DNA of 64,000 nucleotides from Candidatus Latescibacterota bacterium (GCA_965203355.1 OZ241889.1:160001-224000), one strand, 5' to 3'. Positions 18,076-32,917 are shown, counted from the first letter of the stretch. Notes: a model not told the origin generated them from the sequence alone. A program made the numbers and translations.

Positions 18076-19184
18076 CTATTTCTGCAACAGGCTCTCTTGG
18101 TTGTCCAGAGCAAAAAAGTGGGCTTTGTCGATCTCGACGGCCAACCGTACCGTTTGGTCAACTTGCGGCATGTGTAGCGGATCAACGCGGGCGACAAAAG
18201 CGGTCTTGCCGGTGGTCAGGTTGAGAAAGACCTCGTTGCCCATCGGTTCGACCACTTCGACCTTGGCTGCAACTTCGACGGTCTCGACATTGCGGCCAAT
18301 AGTATCCGGATCGTGGATGTCTTCCGGGCGGATGCCCAGCGTTACTTCCTGCCCCACGTAGCGGTCTAGCTGGTCGCCGTGGCCGGCGGGCAGGGAGAGT
18401 TGCACATTGCCTTCATCGAAGACTAGACCGCTGCCGTTGGCGGTCAGTGTACCGCGGATGAAGTTCATGGAGGGACTGCCGATAAAGCCGGCGACGAATT
18501 GGTTGACCGGTTTGTTGTAGGATGGAGGGGCTTGTCGATTTGCTGAATGAGGCCATCGCGCATGACCACGATGCGATCTCCCATAGTCATGGCCTCGACT
18601 TGGTCGTGTGTCACGTACACCATGGTGGCCCCTAGACGGGTATGCAACTTGCTGATCTCGGTGCGCATCTGCACCCTCAGCTTGGCGTCGAGGTTGGAAA
18701 GTGGCTCGTCAAAGAGAAACACCTTGGGCTTGCGAACAATGGCGCGCCCCACTGCCACGCGCTGGCGCTGACCGCCCGAAAGTGCCTTGGGTTTGCGCTC
18801 TAGCAGCTCTTGGATGCCGAGTATATCGGCTGCTTCTTGCACCCGCGCCTCAATCTCGGCTTTGGGGTATTTCCGCAGTTTGAGCCCAAAGGCCATGTTT
18901 TGATAGACGCTCATGTGCGGATAGAGTGCGTAATTTTGGAATACCATGGCGATATCGCGGTCCTTGGGCGGCACGTCGTTGACGATCGTCCCATCTATCG
19001 AGATCTCGCCAGCGGTGATTTCCTCAAGCCCGGCGATCATGCGCAGCGTTGTGGACTTGCCGCAGCCCGAGGGGCCGACGAGCACCACAAATTCCTTGTC
19101 CTTGATCTCGATATTGGCGTCGTCCACCGCCACCACGTCTTTGTCGTACACCTTGCGAACATTCTTCAGAATTACTTCGGCCAT
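18076..19184 (-). pseudogene. Sugar ABC transporter ATPase (MsmX/UgpC/MalK family) split by a 1-bp frameshift near 18520
   Basis: [16 protein letters not shown] and DEPLSNLD in the 5' frame. The minus strand reads CTC CAT CC TAC AAC AAA CCG GTC AAC CAA TTC GTC GCC GGC TTT ATC GGC AGT CCC TCC ATG; one added base restores (L)[19 protein letters not shown] into the TOBE domain. Could be a sequencing indel. Confidence 0.85.
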
Positions 19185-19255
19185 CGCGTCCCTCTTCTGC
19201 TGTTATAAGCTCTGGCGGTTATTTGTCGCCAAAGCGTTAAAGTATAATAAATAAC

Positions 19256-19711
19256 TTACAAAATCTCTATGTTGCATTCCATTAAAACGGCGGCGTCCGG
19301 GGGATCGCTGTAGTATGCCGCCCGTCGCCCTACGACCCGGAACCCCGCCTTGCAGTAGAGCACCTGTGCGGCCCGATTTGCCGAGCGCACTTCAAGCGTA
19401 CAGCAACTAGCGCCCTGTTCGGCGGCCACGCGCAACATCCGTCCCAACAACTGCCCACCCCACCCCTTGTTCCGATAGGCCGGATCGACCGCGAGATTGG
19501 CAAGATGAAAATAGCGCGCGGCGAAATAACCCAGCGCATAGCCGATTAATTCGCCGCAGTGCAAAAGCCCTAAACACAGGGCATCTCTATCTACGAGTAA
19601 ATGATAAAAATCGGCCTCGCTCCACGGATTAGCGAAAGAGCCTCGCTCAATCTCCATCACGCGATGCAGGTGGGTCGGCCCTAACGGAACGAAGCAACGC
19701 TCGCCGCTCAT
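19256..19711 (-). CDS. rimI: Ribosomal protein alanine N-acetyltransferase
   Basis: ATG 19711 overlaps the tsaB stop (ATGA); IERGSFANPWS, NLAVDPAYRNKGWG, LEVRSANRAAQVLY, YYSDPPDAAVLM. Confidence 0.9.
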   Translation of the reverse strand: MSGERCFVPLGPTHLHRVMEIERGSFANPWSEADFYHLLVDRDALCLGLLHCGELIGYALGYFAARYFHLANLAVDPAYRNKGWGGQLLGRMLRVAAEQGASCCTLEVRSANRAAQVLYCKAGFRVVGRRAAYYSDPPDAAVLMECNIEIL

Positions 19712-20406
19712 GCCCGCGCTAGGGGACGAGCATCGGGCGAGCGCAAGTAATCGGGTTCCACTGAGGCCAAATCCGCGGTTTGGCCCTTCTCCAGCTTGGA
19801 TAGCGCCAACCAGCCAATAGTTCCGGCGTCGGGACGGGCACAGGACAAGGGAGCAAATTGCGCGGCTGGATTGCCCGCTAGCAGCTCGCGATAGGCCGTG
19901 GCCCCGTCCCCAGTGAAAATCGTCGGCGCATTGGCGCGCTCTTGAGCCAACTGCGCTGGAGCGATGGCCCGGGGCGGTGCCAATTCTATCGGAACGCCCG
20001 TCGCCGTGTCGTAGAGCGCGGTATAAACCTCGCGCTTGCGTGCGTCGAGGACAGTACAAACAGGCATATGGGCAAAGGGCAGACGAGCAGCGAGTGCTTC
20101 CAGCGTTGAAACGGTCACCAGATCCTTACTCTCAACTAAACACAAGCCCTTAGCGGCACTCAGCCCGATTCGCAGACCAGTAAACGACCCCGGCCCAATC
20201 GAGACCGCTACGGCCCGCACTCCCTCGACATCTATATTTGCGGCCTCTAGTGCTGCCTCCACCTCGCCGAAAAGCCGCTGTGAATGCTGCAATCCCACGT
20301 CGAAATAGCGGCTGACAACGATCCCTGTTGCCGCACAGAGCGCCACGCTGCCGACCGGGGTAGCCGTATCCAACGCCAGAATCACGTCGCGACCGTGTAC
20401 ACTCAT
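19708..20406 (-). CDS. tsaB: tRNA t6A biosynthesis protein TsaB
   Basis: ILALDTAT, GPGSFTGLRIG, LDARKREVY, EPDYLR; ATG 20406 overlaps the ruvB stop. Confidence 0.95.
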   Translation of the reverse strand: MSVHGRDVILALDTATPVGSVALCAATGIVVSRYFDVGLQHSQRLFGEVEAALEAANIDVEGVRAVAVSIGPGSFTGLRIGLSAAKGLCLVESKDLVTVSTLEALAARLPFAHMPVCTVLDARKREVYTALYDTATGVPIELAPPRAIAPAQLAQERANAPTIFTGDGATAYRELLAGNPAAQFAPLSCARPDAGTIGWLALSKLEKGQTADLASVEPDYLRSPDARPLARA

Positions 20407-21428
20407 AGAAGTTCCAATTGCTCGTCGGGGGTTGGTGGTGCTTCGAGGCCAAGACGCTCCCAAGCTCGCGGCATGGCCACGCGGCCTTTGGGGGTGCGCT
20501 TGATAAACCCTTCTTTGATCAAATAAGGCTCAACTACTTCCTCGATTGTCTCGGCCTCCTCGCCGATTGTGGCTGCCAGATTGCTTAGGCCGACCGGACC
20601 GCCGTTGAACTTTTCAATAATGGCCCGCAGCAACGTGATATCCATCTTATCGAGCCCCAACTCATCGACATCTTGGATGACGAGAGCCTTTTGCACCACC
20701 TCGACATGTATCTCGCCTTCGCCTTCCACTTGGGCAAAATCGCGCGCACGGCGCAGCCAACGCTTGGCAATCCGCGCCGTGCCGCGAGAGCGACGGGCAA
20801 TTTCCATCGCGCCCGACTCTGAGACCAATAGATTTAGCAGGCGAGCGTCGCGCTTGACGATGGCAGCGAGTTCGGCGACCGAGTAATAGTCGAGATGGGC
20901 ATTAAGCCCAAAGCGCGCACGCATCGGCGAAGTCAACAAGCCTTGGCGCGTGGTGGCCCCGATTAAGGTAAAAGGCTCCAAGGGTACGCTGACTGAGCGA
21001 GCGGCCGGCCCTTGGTCAATGATGATGTCAATTTTGAAGTCCTCCATCGCCGAGTACAGATATTCCTCAACCACGCGGTTGACGCGGTGAATCTCGTCGA
21101 TGAAGAGCACATCGCGCGGCTCCATGGTCGTGAGCATACCCGCCAAGTCGCTCGGACGCTCGAGCAAAGGCCCTGACGTGGGATAGATTTCAACGCCTAG
21201 CTCTTTGGCTATCACATACGAAAGCGTCGTCTTGCCCAGACCAGGCGGCCCGTATAGCAACACGTGATCCATGGCTTCGCCGCGCTGACGAGCCGCTTCA
21301 ATGGCAATGCCGAGTTGCTGCTTGGTCTTCTTTTGGCCCAGCATCTCGGCAAGGGACTGAGGACGTAGGGTATGATCGAACTGAAGGTCGTCGTTGCTGC
21401 CACTAGGCTCTATGGGTCGATGGTCCAT
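20403..21428 (-). CDS. ruvB: Holliday junction helicase RuvB
   Basis: LRPQSL, GPPGLGKTT, FIDEIHR, EPYLIKEGFIKRTPKGR. Confidence 0.98.
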   Translation of the reverse strand: MDHRPIEPSGSNDDLQFDHTLRPQSLAEMLGQKKTKQQLGIAIEAARQRGEAMDHVLLYGPPGLGKTTLSYVIAKELGVEIYPTSGPLLERPSDLAGMLTTMEPRDVLFIDEIHRVNRVVEEYLYSAMEDFKIDIIIDQGPAARSVSVPLEPFTLIGATTRQGLLTSPMRARFGLNAHLDYYSVAELAAIVKRDARLLNLLVSESGAMEIARRSRGTARIAKRWLRRARDFAQVEGEGEIHVEVVQKALVIQDVDELGLDKMDITLLRAIIEKFNGGPVGLSNLAATIGEEAETIEEVVEPYLIKEGFIKRTPKGRVAMPRAWERLGLEAPPTPDEQLELL

Positions 21429-21438
21429 AACCGAGCCT

Positions 21439-22029
21439 TCAGCGTTCCTTGAGGGCCAGTTTGACTAGCTCTTGCACCCTTAGATCGGTGCCGTGCTTTT
21501 CGACAGCCTTGCGTACCGCTTGGCGAGCCGCCGGCGCTGCGTATCCCAACGTCATCAGCGCCTTTGCTGCCTCCTCGCTCGTGCCGGGTCTGGCCCCCAA
21601 GGCCGCTTCGCCTGCCGCGGCAGCACTCAAACGAATCTTGTCCTTTAGATCGAGCACTAAGCGTTCCGCGGTCTTGCGACCAATGCCTTTGATCGCCGTC
21701 AGTTCGGTTACGCGCTCCTGTAAGATGGCCTCCTGTAAGTCGCGCAGAGTCATACCCGACAGCACGGTCAACGCCGAATGAGGGCCAATGCCCGAAACGC
21801 CTATCAGCAACTCAAAGACCTCCCGCTCTTCCTCATCGGCAAAGCCGAAAAGTTCCATGCGGTCTTCGCGCACATAGAGATAGGTGGACAAATGGACCGC
21901 TTCGGAGGTTAGGGGTAGTTGATCGAAAGTAATTAGGGATATGGCCAAGCCATACCCCACACCCCCGACGTCGACGACGGCATGGGTGGGTGATTTGGAC
22001 AGAAGTGTTCCGCGCAGGTGTGTTATCAC
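21439..22029 (-). CDS. ruvA: Holliday junction binding protein RuvA
   Basis: VGGVGY, VSGIGP, IKGIGRKTAERLVLDLKDK. Confidence 0.97.
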   Translation of the reverse strand: MITHLRGTLLSKSPTHAVVDVGGVGYGLAISLITFDQLPLTSEAVHLSTYLYVREDRMELFGFADEEEREVFELLIGVSGIGPHSALTVLSGMTLRDLQEAILQERVTELTAIKGIGRKTAERLVLDLKDKIRLSAAAAGEAALGARPGTSEEAAKALMTLGYAAPAARQAVRKAVEKHGTDLRVQELVKLALKER

Positions 22030-22037
22030 GGATATAC

Positions 22038-22577
22038 CTAACGCCGTACCATGCGGCTGAGCAAGGTCTCTATCTCAGGCTTGCGATGGCCTCGGCCCTC
22101 GCATAAAACTCGGCCGGACTGCTGGGTGTGACATAGCGCGATGGCCAAGGCATCTGATGCGTCGAGAGGCTTGGGTCGTTTCTCCAGACCCAAGCTACGG
22201 GCCACCATGAACTGGACCTGTTGCTTGGTCGCTTGGCCATTCCCGGTCACCGCTCTTTTAACCATCGTAGGCGCATAGTGGGAAATGGGCAAGCCGGCTT
22301 TGCGCATGGCAATGAGCAGGACGCCTCGCGCTTGGCCCAGCTTGGCCGCCGCGGTGGCGTCCTTACCAAAGAATGTGGTTTCGATCGCGCTTTCGTCTGG
22401 GGCGTATTCGCCGACGAGCCGCGTCATTTCATCGAATATGAAAACCAGCCGGTCCTCAAACGCATCTTCCTTAGGGCGAATACAGCCGCAGGCAACATAG
22501 CAGGCTTTGCGCTTGCTGTATTCGACGAAGCCGTAGCCTGTGCTCGTGCTGCTAGGATCTACTCCAAGAACAAGCAA
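22038..22577 (-). CDS. ruvC: Holliday junction resolvase RuvC
   Basis: LGVDP, KLGQARGV, VTGNGQATKQQV, DASDALAIALCH. Confidence 0.96.
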   Translation of the reverse strand: MLVLGVDPSSTSTGYGFVEYSKRKACYVACGCIRPKEDAFEDRLVFIFDEMTRLVGEYAPDESAIETTFFGKDATAAAKLGQARGVLLIAMRKAGLPISHYAPTMVKRAVTGNGQATKQQVQFMVARSLGLEKRPKPLDASDALAIALCHTQQSGRVLCEGRGHRKPEIETLLSRMVRR

Positions 22578-22589
22578 AGCGAAGACCCG

Positions 22590-23348
22590 CTAGTCCTGAG
22601 CCATGAGTTTTTCCAGTTCGTCTTCTCGGAGGTCGAAATTGGAAAAAACCTTCTGTACGTCGTCTAAATCCTCCAATGCTTCGAGGAGGCGGATGATTTT
22701 CTCGGCCTCTTCGCCTTGTACCTCGAGCATGTTTTCGCGTCTGGGCATCCAAGCCAACGTCGCTTGGGCGAAGGCGATGCCGTTGTCTTCTAGGGCCTTT
22801 TTAACCGGCTCCAAGTCGGCAACCGGAGTCGTTACCTCGTGGACTTGATCGCCGTCTTGGATATCCTCGCCTCCCGCATCTACGATCGCCAATAGGAGGT
22901 CGTCTTCGGAGACATTGGTCTTGTCCACTTCGATAACGCCTTTGTGTTCGAACATCCAGGCTACTGCTCCACTCTCTGCTAGATTGCCGTTGTACTTAGT
23001 AAATATGTGGCGGATTTCCGAAACCGTGCGGTTGCGGTTGTCCGATAGGGTTTCAACGATGATGGCCACCCCACCGGGTCCATAGCCTTCAAAAAGTCCT
23101 TCCTCGTATATCGCCCCCGGCTCGTCGCCAGTGCCTCGGCGTATGGCTCGCTCAATGGTTGCGGCGGGCATGTTGGCCGCTTTGGCATTCTGGACTGCCG
23201 TGCGCAGACTTGGATTGGCCACCTCATCACCCCCGCTGCGGGCCGCCACTGAAATTTCGCGGATCAGCTTCGTAAAAATCTTGCCGCGCTTGGCGTCATT
23301 GGCACCTTTTTTGCGCTTAATTGTACTCCATTTGGAGTGGCCAGACAT
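22590..23348 (-). CDS. yebC: YebC/PmpR family protein
   Basis: Start moved to ATG 23348: MSGHSKWSTIKRKKG; EGYGPGG; LEDLDDVQKVFSN. Confidence 0.96.
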   Translation of the reverse strand: MSGHSKWSTIKRKKGANDAKRGKIFTKLIREISVAARSGGDEVANPSLRTAVQNAKAANMPAATIERAIRRGTGDEPGAIYEEGLFEGYGPGGVAIIVETLSDNRNRTVSEIRHIFTKYNGNLAESGAVAWMFEHKGVIEVDKTNVSEDDLLLAIVDAGGEDIQDGDQVHEVTTPVADLEPVKKALEDNGIAFAQATLAWMPRRENMLEVQGEEAEKIIRLLEALEDLDDVQKVFSNFDLREDELEKLMAQD

Positions 23349-23465
23349 CGGCTTTATCTCCTTGCCAATCCCGTCCGTGCGCTCACTACTCAAATCAAAG
23401 GCACCGTTCGGAGAAATCGGCTGTTTTCTATAGACAGTATTAAGATAAAAAAACCCGCGCAATCC

Positions 23466-23505
23466 AAAAAGCAAAGGGCCGCCGACCGCTTGGCCGACCG
23501 CCCTT
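23466..23505 (-). terminator. Probable intrinsic terminator after the EF-G-like gene
   Basis: Minus strand AAGGGCGGTCGGCC-AAGC-GGTCGGCGGCCCTTT GCTTTTT: imperfect GC stem with GU pairs and a U-rich tail. Confidence 0.5.
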
Positions 23506-23528
23506 CACAATGGGTAGAAACAAGCCTC

Positions 23529-25598
23529 TCAGGCCGCTTCTTTGCCCTTGTCTTTCTGCGAGTTCTCGATGATTTTAGCCATGATGTCCCCGGGAACTTC
23601 CTCGTAGCGGTCGAATCGCTGCGTATGGAATCCCTTGCCCTGCGTCATGGAGCGCACCAACGTGGCGTAACGGTCTATTTCGGCTAGGGGGGCCTCGGCG
23701 TGGATGACTTGGAAATGGCCGTTCGCGTCCATGCCGCTGATCCGACCGCGCCGCGACGAGAGGTCGCCCATTACGTCGCCCATAAATTCCTCGGGCACCG
23801 TAATCTCCAACTGATAAATAGGCTCTAGCAGAATTGGCCTGGCCTTGAGGAAGGCGTCTTTGAAGGCATGGGAACTGGCTAATTTAAAAGAAACTTCATC
23901 CGAATCTACCGGGTGGTACTTACCGTCGTACACAGTAACCGCCACATCAATGACTTGGTAACCGGCCACTGGCCCCTCGCTCAGCGTCTCGACGATGCCC
24001 TTTTCCACCGCCGGGATGAAGTTGCTCGGTATATTGCCGCCGACGACCTCATTGAGAAACTCAAAACCTTCACCGCGCCCTTTAGGGGCAATGCGTAGAA
24101 ACACCTCGCCAAACTGCCCTCGTCCACCCGACTGCTTCTTGTGCCGATATTGCGCATCGGCATTGCCGCGGATCGTTTCTCGATACGGAATCCGCGGCAC
24201 CTCCATATCAATCTCCACGCCAAATCGCCCTTTCAGCCGGCTAACGATAGTTTCCAGATGCAACTCTCCTTGGGTCAACAGGATCGTTTGGCGGACCTCA
24301 CCGTCGTATTTCATAATGAAGCTCGGATCTTCCTCGCGCAATTGGGAAAGTCCGGTAGCGACGCGCCCCTCGCCTCCCTGCTCCTTGGCGTGAATAGCCA
24401 CTCGAATTAGCGGCTCAGGGAATGCAATGCCCGGAAGTTGTAGCGAGGCACCCTTGGCGCAAAGCGTATCGGTCGTATGGGTGTTCTTGAGCTTGACTAA
24501 GGCGACGATATCGCCAGCCTCGGCACTTGTGACTTCGGTCCGCTTGTTGCCGTTGAGGTGATAGATCTGTCCAATGCGCTCGGTGGCTCGCTTGTTTGAG
24601 TTGGCCACTTCGTCGCCGGGCTTGATCGCTCCAGAGAAAAGGCGTAGCAGAGAAAGCTCTCCTACGTGCTGCTCGGCCAAGGTCTTGAACACCAGAGCAG
24701 CCAAGGGCGCAGTAGCGGTACCTTCAAGCTCAACCTCCTGTTCCTCTCCATTTTGGAATCTGAGTCCTGCCGCTTCGGCAGGCGACGGTCCGTATTGCAC
24801 CAAGGCGTCCAGCAGGCGATCAATGCCGATATTGTTGTAGGAATCCCCAAAAAAGACCGGAAAAAATTCTAGCTGTAACACGGCTCGGCGCAGACCAGCA
24901 ACCATATCCTCTGTGGTTAATTCACCCTCGCTGAAATACTTCTCCATCAGTTCTTCGTCGGTCTCGGCGATGGATTCTACCAGTTGCTCGCGCAACTCTT
25001 CGGCGCGGCTCTGGACCTCGTCAGGTATGTCTCCTTCTGTGGCTCTACCATCTTGGTACACATAAGCTCTCATCGCAACCAGATCGACAATATGGTTGAA
25101 TCCCTCGCCGGGATTTACCGCCATTTGCAAAGGCACGACTTGGCGACCGAAACGCTCTTGAAGCATTTCTAAGACCTGATCGGCGTCGGCATCGGCTCGG
25201 TCCATCTTGTTGATGAATAGCACCCGAGGCAAATTGTAATCAGAAGCGAAATTCCAAGTCCGCTCAGTGCCGATCTCTATCCCGGTAACCGAATTGACGA
25301 CAGCGACCATCGCGTCGGATACGCGTAGTGCCGCCTTGGCTTCGGAGATAAAGTCTGCATACCCTGGCGTATCAATTATGTTGAGGTGATGATCTTCCCA
25401 CTGGCCGTTCAGCAAAGAGACCTTGAGCGAAATTTGACGCTCAATCTCGGCCGAATCGTAATCCGATGTCGTCGCCCCGTCATCAATGCGCCCCAAGCGA
25501 TTTACGACGCCCATGTTGAATAACATGGCCTCAGACAGCACTGTTTTACCTGCGCCGCTATGGCCACACAGAGAGAAGTTCCTCGTTTGTCCGCTCAA
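23529..25598 (-). CDS. fusA: Elongation factor G paralog (EF-G2-like)
   Basis: TTG start after AGGAGG; GHSGAGKT, DTPGYADF, NKMD, KKQSGGRGQFG, GDVMGDLSSRRG. Switch I reads RQISL instead of RGITI. Confidence 0.92.
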   Translation of the reverse strand: MSGQTRNFSLCGHSGAGKTVLSEAMLFNMGVVNRLGRIDDGATTSDYDSAEIERQISLKVSLLNGQWEDHHLNIIDTPGYADFISEAKAALRVSDAMVAVVNSVTGIEIGTERTWNFASDYNLPRVLFINKMDRADADADQVLEMLQERFGRQVVPLQMAVNPGEGFNHIVDLVAMRAYVYQDGRATEGDIPDEVQSRAEELREQLVESIAETDEELMEKYFSEGELTTEDMVAGLRRAVLQLEFFPVFFGDSYNNIGIDRLLDALVQYGPSPAEAAGLRFQNGEEQEVELEGTATAPLAALVFKTLAEQHVGELSLLRLFSGAIKPGDEVANSNKRATERIGQIYHLNGNKRTEVTSAEAGDIVALVKLKNTHTTDTLCAKGASLQLPGIAFPEPLIRVAIHAKEQGGEGRVATGLSQLREEDPSFIMKYDGEVRQTILLTQGELHLETIVSRLKGRFGVEIDMEVPRIPYRETIRGNADAQYRHKKQSGGRGQFGEVFLRIAPKGRGEGFEFLNEVVGGNIPSNFIPAVEKGIVETLSEGPVAGYQVIDVAVTVYDGKYHPVDSDEVSFKLASSHAFKDAFLKARPILLEPIYQLEITVPEEFMGDVMGDLSSRRGRISGMDANGHFQVIHAEAPLAEIDRYATLVRSMTQGKGFHTQRFDRYEEVPGDIMAKIIENSQKDKGKEAA

Positions 25599-25628
25599 TT
25601 TGACTCCTCCTGAATTAAGAGAAGTGCC

Positions 25629-25658
25629 TAATTAATTGGCCTACCTTGGCGTTGTCAA
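25629..25658 (-). promoter_or_regulatory. Possible sigma70 promoter for the EF-G paralog
   Basis: TTGACA (25658-25653), 17-18 bp spacer, TTAATT/TAATTA, just downstream of the rRNA terminator. Confidence 0.4.
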
Positions 25659-25676
25659 GGTATTTTCCATAGACAC

Positions 25677-25708
25677 AAAAAAGCCCACCCCAAAGGGATG
25701 GGCTTTTT
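25677..25708 (-). terminator. rRNA operon intrinsic terminator
   Basis: AAAAAAGCCCACCCC-AAA-GGGATGGGCTTTTT hairpin with A/T tails on both sides, immediately after 5S. Confidence 0.85.
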
Positions 25709-25716
25709 AAAAAAGA

Positions 25717-25833
25717 TCCGGCAGCGTCCTACTCTCCCACTAGGCGACCCCAGCAGTACCATCGGCGCAAGAGGGCTTAACGGCTCTGTTCGGAATGGGA
25801 AGAGGTGTTTCCCCTCCGCTATGACCACCGGAA
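25717..25833 (-). rRNA. rrf: 5S rRNA
   Basis: Conserved CCCATTCCGAAC, GATGGTACT and GTGGGAGAGTAGGACGCTGCCGG; ends approximate. Confidence 0.95.
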
Positions 25834-25912
25834 AACTCAAATTCTCTTCAACAACCGAATACAGGCCCACGCCAAAAGCAATGCAAAACTCCAGTATTGC
25901 TGCGATAATAAA

Positions 25913-28937
<3,025 letters not shown>

Positions 28938-29050
28938 AAATCACTGTCACAACACTACTAGAGGTAATGCATCACGGTGTTTCGAGCAGTAAGCACACAA
29001 CGTGCTTCCACTCGGTAAACCTTGATTATTAATTGGTATGAACCTGTATT

Positions 29051-29067
29051 CGATTGTCAAAGAGCAA
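29051..29067 (-). promoter_or_regulatory. Spacer boxA antitermination element
   Basis: TGCTCTTTGACAAT between tRNA-Ile and 23S, close to the boxA consensus. Confidence 0.65.
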
Positions 29068-29077
29068 AAAGCCTGAA

Positions 29078-29154
<77 letters not shown>

Positions 29155-29243
29155 GAAAATCGAATAACGCACATGAGGACAGGTCAAAGAGTAAAACATT
29201 GACCTAGGCGGATAATGTCGGGAGTCTAGGACTCCCAATAATC

Positions 29244-30807
<1,564 letters not shown>

Positions 30808-30875
30808 AAAAATTTGATATACCACTTTTTGCAAATCCAAGCTCTTCGACGCTGGACCCTCATGTACGTTATTCG

Positions 30876-30890
30876 ATTTTCAAAGATCAA
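30876..30890 (-). promoter_or_regulatory. Leader boxA-like element
   Basis: TGATCTTTGAAAAT between the promoter and 16S, similar to the spacer boxA. Confidence 0.55.
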
Positions 30891-30919
30891 TCTTGCTCAA
30901 GTATCGAGCGTAACATTTA

Positions 30920-30948
30920 AAAATAAGATTCGACTCCCATTCTGTCAA
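30920..30948 (-). promoter_or_regulatory. rRNA operon sigma70 promoter
   Basis: TTGACA (30948-30943), 17 bp spacer, TATTTT (30925-30920), with an AT-rich UP-like tract upstream. Confidence 0.75.
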
Positions 30949-30999
30949 GAGAAAAAAGTAAAATAGCGGCCTCAAAAACAGAGCCGATACAACCTTCCA

Positions 31000-32238
31000 T
31001 CAACCCCAGCTAGCAGCCCCCTTTAATTCGTCCTGCCTTTCTAGGGCAATACGCTTAAAGTAGCCACTGCGGTGATAGGCACCTAGGGGATCGGGTTCGG
31101 CCCCCAGTTCCTGGCGCACTATCGCCAGCAAGGAGCGCACATCCGTGTCATAGGCATTGCGCAAAATTTCTTCGCATGATACTACGTCGTCCTCCGCCTG
31201 CGCCTCAGCTAGTGCCGTGCGGTCAACCAGCAATGCACGGGCGTAGGCCGTCTGGATATTGAGCACCGACTGAATCATCGCCTCGACTTTGGGTTTGATA
31301 ATATGGCTTTGGTCAATCATGTAGGCGATATTTACCGTTGCAGTTCCGCGCAGCTCCGCGTTGAGGATTTCGTGGTAAATCAAAAAAACCTCATAGAGGT
31401 TGACCGACCCAGTCGTCACATCATCATCAGCGTATTTGCGATTGTTGAAGTGAAAACCACCCATCCGCTCTTCGTCGAGGAGCAAGGCCACAATGTGTTC
31501 AATGTTGGTGGAAAGAGGATGATGCCCTAGATCAACCAGCACTTCGGCCTTCGGCCCGGCCTTAATGGCGAAATTTAGTGCCATACCCCAGTCGGCAATG
31601 TCCGTATGGTAAAATGCCGGCTCGAAGAATTTGTATTCAATTAGCATCCGCGCCCCCTCGGGTAGCATGGCGTGCGTCTCACCCAGACATTCTTCAAAGC
31701 GCCGCTTGCGGGCGATGATATCGTCTTGACCCGGATAGTTCGTACCGTCGGCAAACCAAAGGCTCAGCACTGTGGACCCTGCCTGCTGCATGATATCCAC
31801 GCATTCGTGCATGTGATCAAGTGCTTTGCGACGCACGACCGGGTCCCGATGGCCGAAACTGCCCAATTTGTATTCGGGTTCTTGGAAGACATTGGGATTG
31901 ATTGCCCCAATGTACACCCCCAACTCCGTCGCTTCTTGCTGCAAGGCGTCGTAGTCATCCACTTTATCCCACGGGATGTGCAAAGCCACGCCGGGACAGA
32001 TACCCGTCACCTTATGCACTTGGGCTGCGTCGGAAAGCCGTTCGTGGACATCGCGGGCGGCACCGGGCTGTTTGAAAACGCCAAAGCGCGTCCCAGAATT
32101 GCCGTATCCCCAAGAAGGCGTTTCGATCTCCTGGGCTTTGAGCTTAGCTTTGACTTCTTCGACTTCAATACCTTGGCCTGAGAGCATTTCGGCTAAAGCT
32201 GCGAATTGGTCTTCTATATTGTACCCTGAAATTCCCAT
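31000..32238 (-). CDS. L-rhamnose isomerase (RhaI/xylose-isomerase fold)
   Basis: [69 protein letters not shown]. Confidence 0.9.
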   Translation of the reverse strand: MGISGYNIEDQFAALAEMLSGQGIEVEEVKAKLKAQEIETPSWGYGNSGTRFGVFKQPGAARDVHERLSDAAQVHKVTGICPGVALHIPWDKVDDYDALQQEATELGVYIGAINPNVFQEPEYKLGSFGHRDPVVRRKALDHMHECVDIMQQAGSTVLSLWFADGTNYPGQDDIIARKRRFEECLGETHAMLPEGARMLIEYKFFEPAFYHTDIADWGMALNFAIKAGPKAEVLVDLGHHPLSTNIEHIVALLLDEERMGGFHFNNRKYADDDVTTGSVNLYEVFLIYHEILNAELRGTATVNIAYMIDQSHIIKPKVEAMIQSVLNIQTAYARALLVDRTALAEAQAEDDVVSCEEILRNAYDTDVRSLLAIVRQELGAEPDPLGAYHRSGYFKRIALERQDELKGAASWG

Positions 32239-32281
32239 TCTACCTCTCCCTTATGTCGGGCCTAGCGTATAGTGGTTACAC

Positions 32282-32851
32282 TCAACCGCTGCGATCTGCT
32301 ACCAAACTTAGGTATTCTGCAGAGGCACTGCGACGACGCCCCCGCGCCAAGGTCTCCATTTCCGCGTAAAAGGATTCTACGGTAGCGAGCGAGCCACAGG
32401 CCTCCTCGTATAACTGCCGGTAGTTGGGTAGCGAAGCAGCGTATTGAGTACAGACCCCCAAGTGCAGATTGGTTTGCCTCGCCAAATCAACCAAGGCCCG
32501 CGCCTGTATCTGCGTCTGCTCCGGCCCATCCGAATGCCAGACTAAGGGCTTTTCGCAGAGGACGTGACAACCCCGTTCAAGAGCGCATTTGACACAGTCG
32601 AAATGGGCTTCGTTCGGCAAACAGACATCAACCACATCGGGTGCTTCTTCGCTCAGCAGTCGGTCCAAGTCCCAATAGCCTTGTCCCGAAAAGGGAAAAA
32701 TATCGCGTAGAACTCGCTCTGTAGCAGCGGCACTTTCCCGACTGCGGCCTAAAAAGCCTACTACTTGTGCATTGGCGTGGTGGAACCACTTGGCGTGATG
32801 CTTGCCAATACCGCTGGCACCGGCGATCGCGACACGCAAGGCCCTTTTCAT
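32282..32851 (-). CDS. Gfo/Idh/MocA family oxidoreductase, probably C-terminally truncated
   Basis: VAIAGASGIG Rossmann motif and HVLCEKP, but only 189 aa. Confidence 0.7.
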   Translation of the reverse strand: MKRALRVAIAGASGIGKHHAKWFHHANAQVVGFLGRSRESAAATERVLRDIFPFSGQGYWDLDRLLSEEAPDVVDVCLPNEAHFDCVKCALERGCHVLCEKPLVWHSDGPEQTQIQARALVDLARQTNLHLGVCTQYAASLPNYRQLYEEACGSLATVESFYAEMETLARGRRRSASAEYLSLVADRSG

Positions 32852-32860
32852 TTTTTAAAT

Positions 32861-32892
32861 AAAAAAGAGCCGACAGCCCATCTGTCGGCTCT
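32861..32892 (-). terminator. Intrinsic terminator after the small basic ORF
   Basis: Perfect stem AGAGCCGACAG-ATGGG-CTGTCGGCTCT followed by TTTTT on the minus strand. Confidence 0.88.
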
Positions 32893-32917
32893 CCTAAGGC
32901 TAGTGGCAGCTTAGCTA

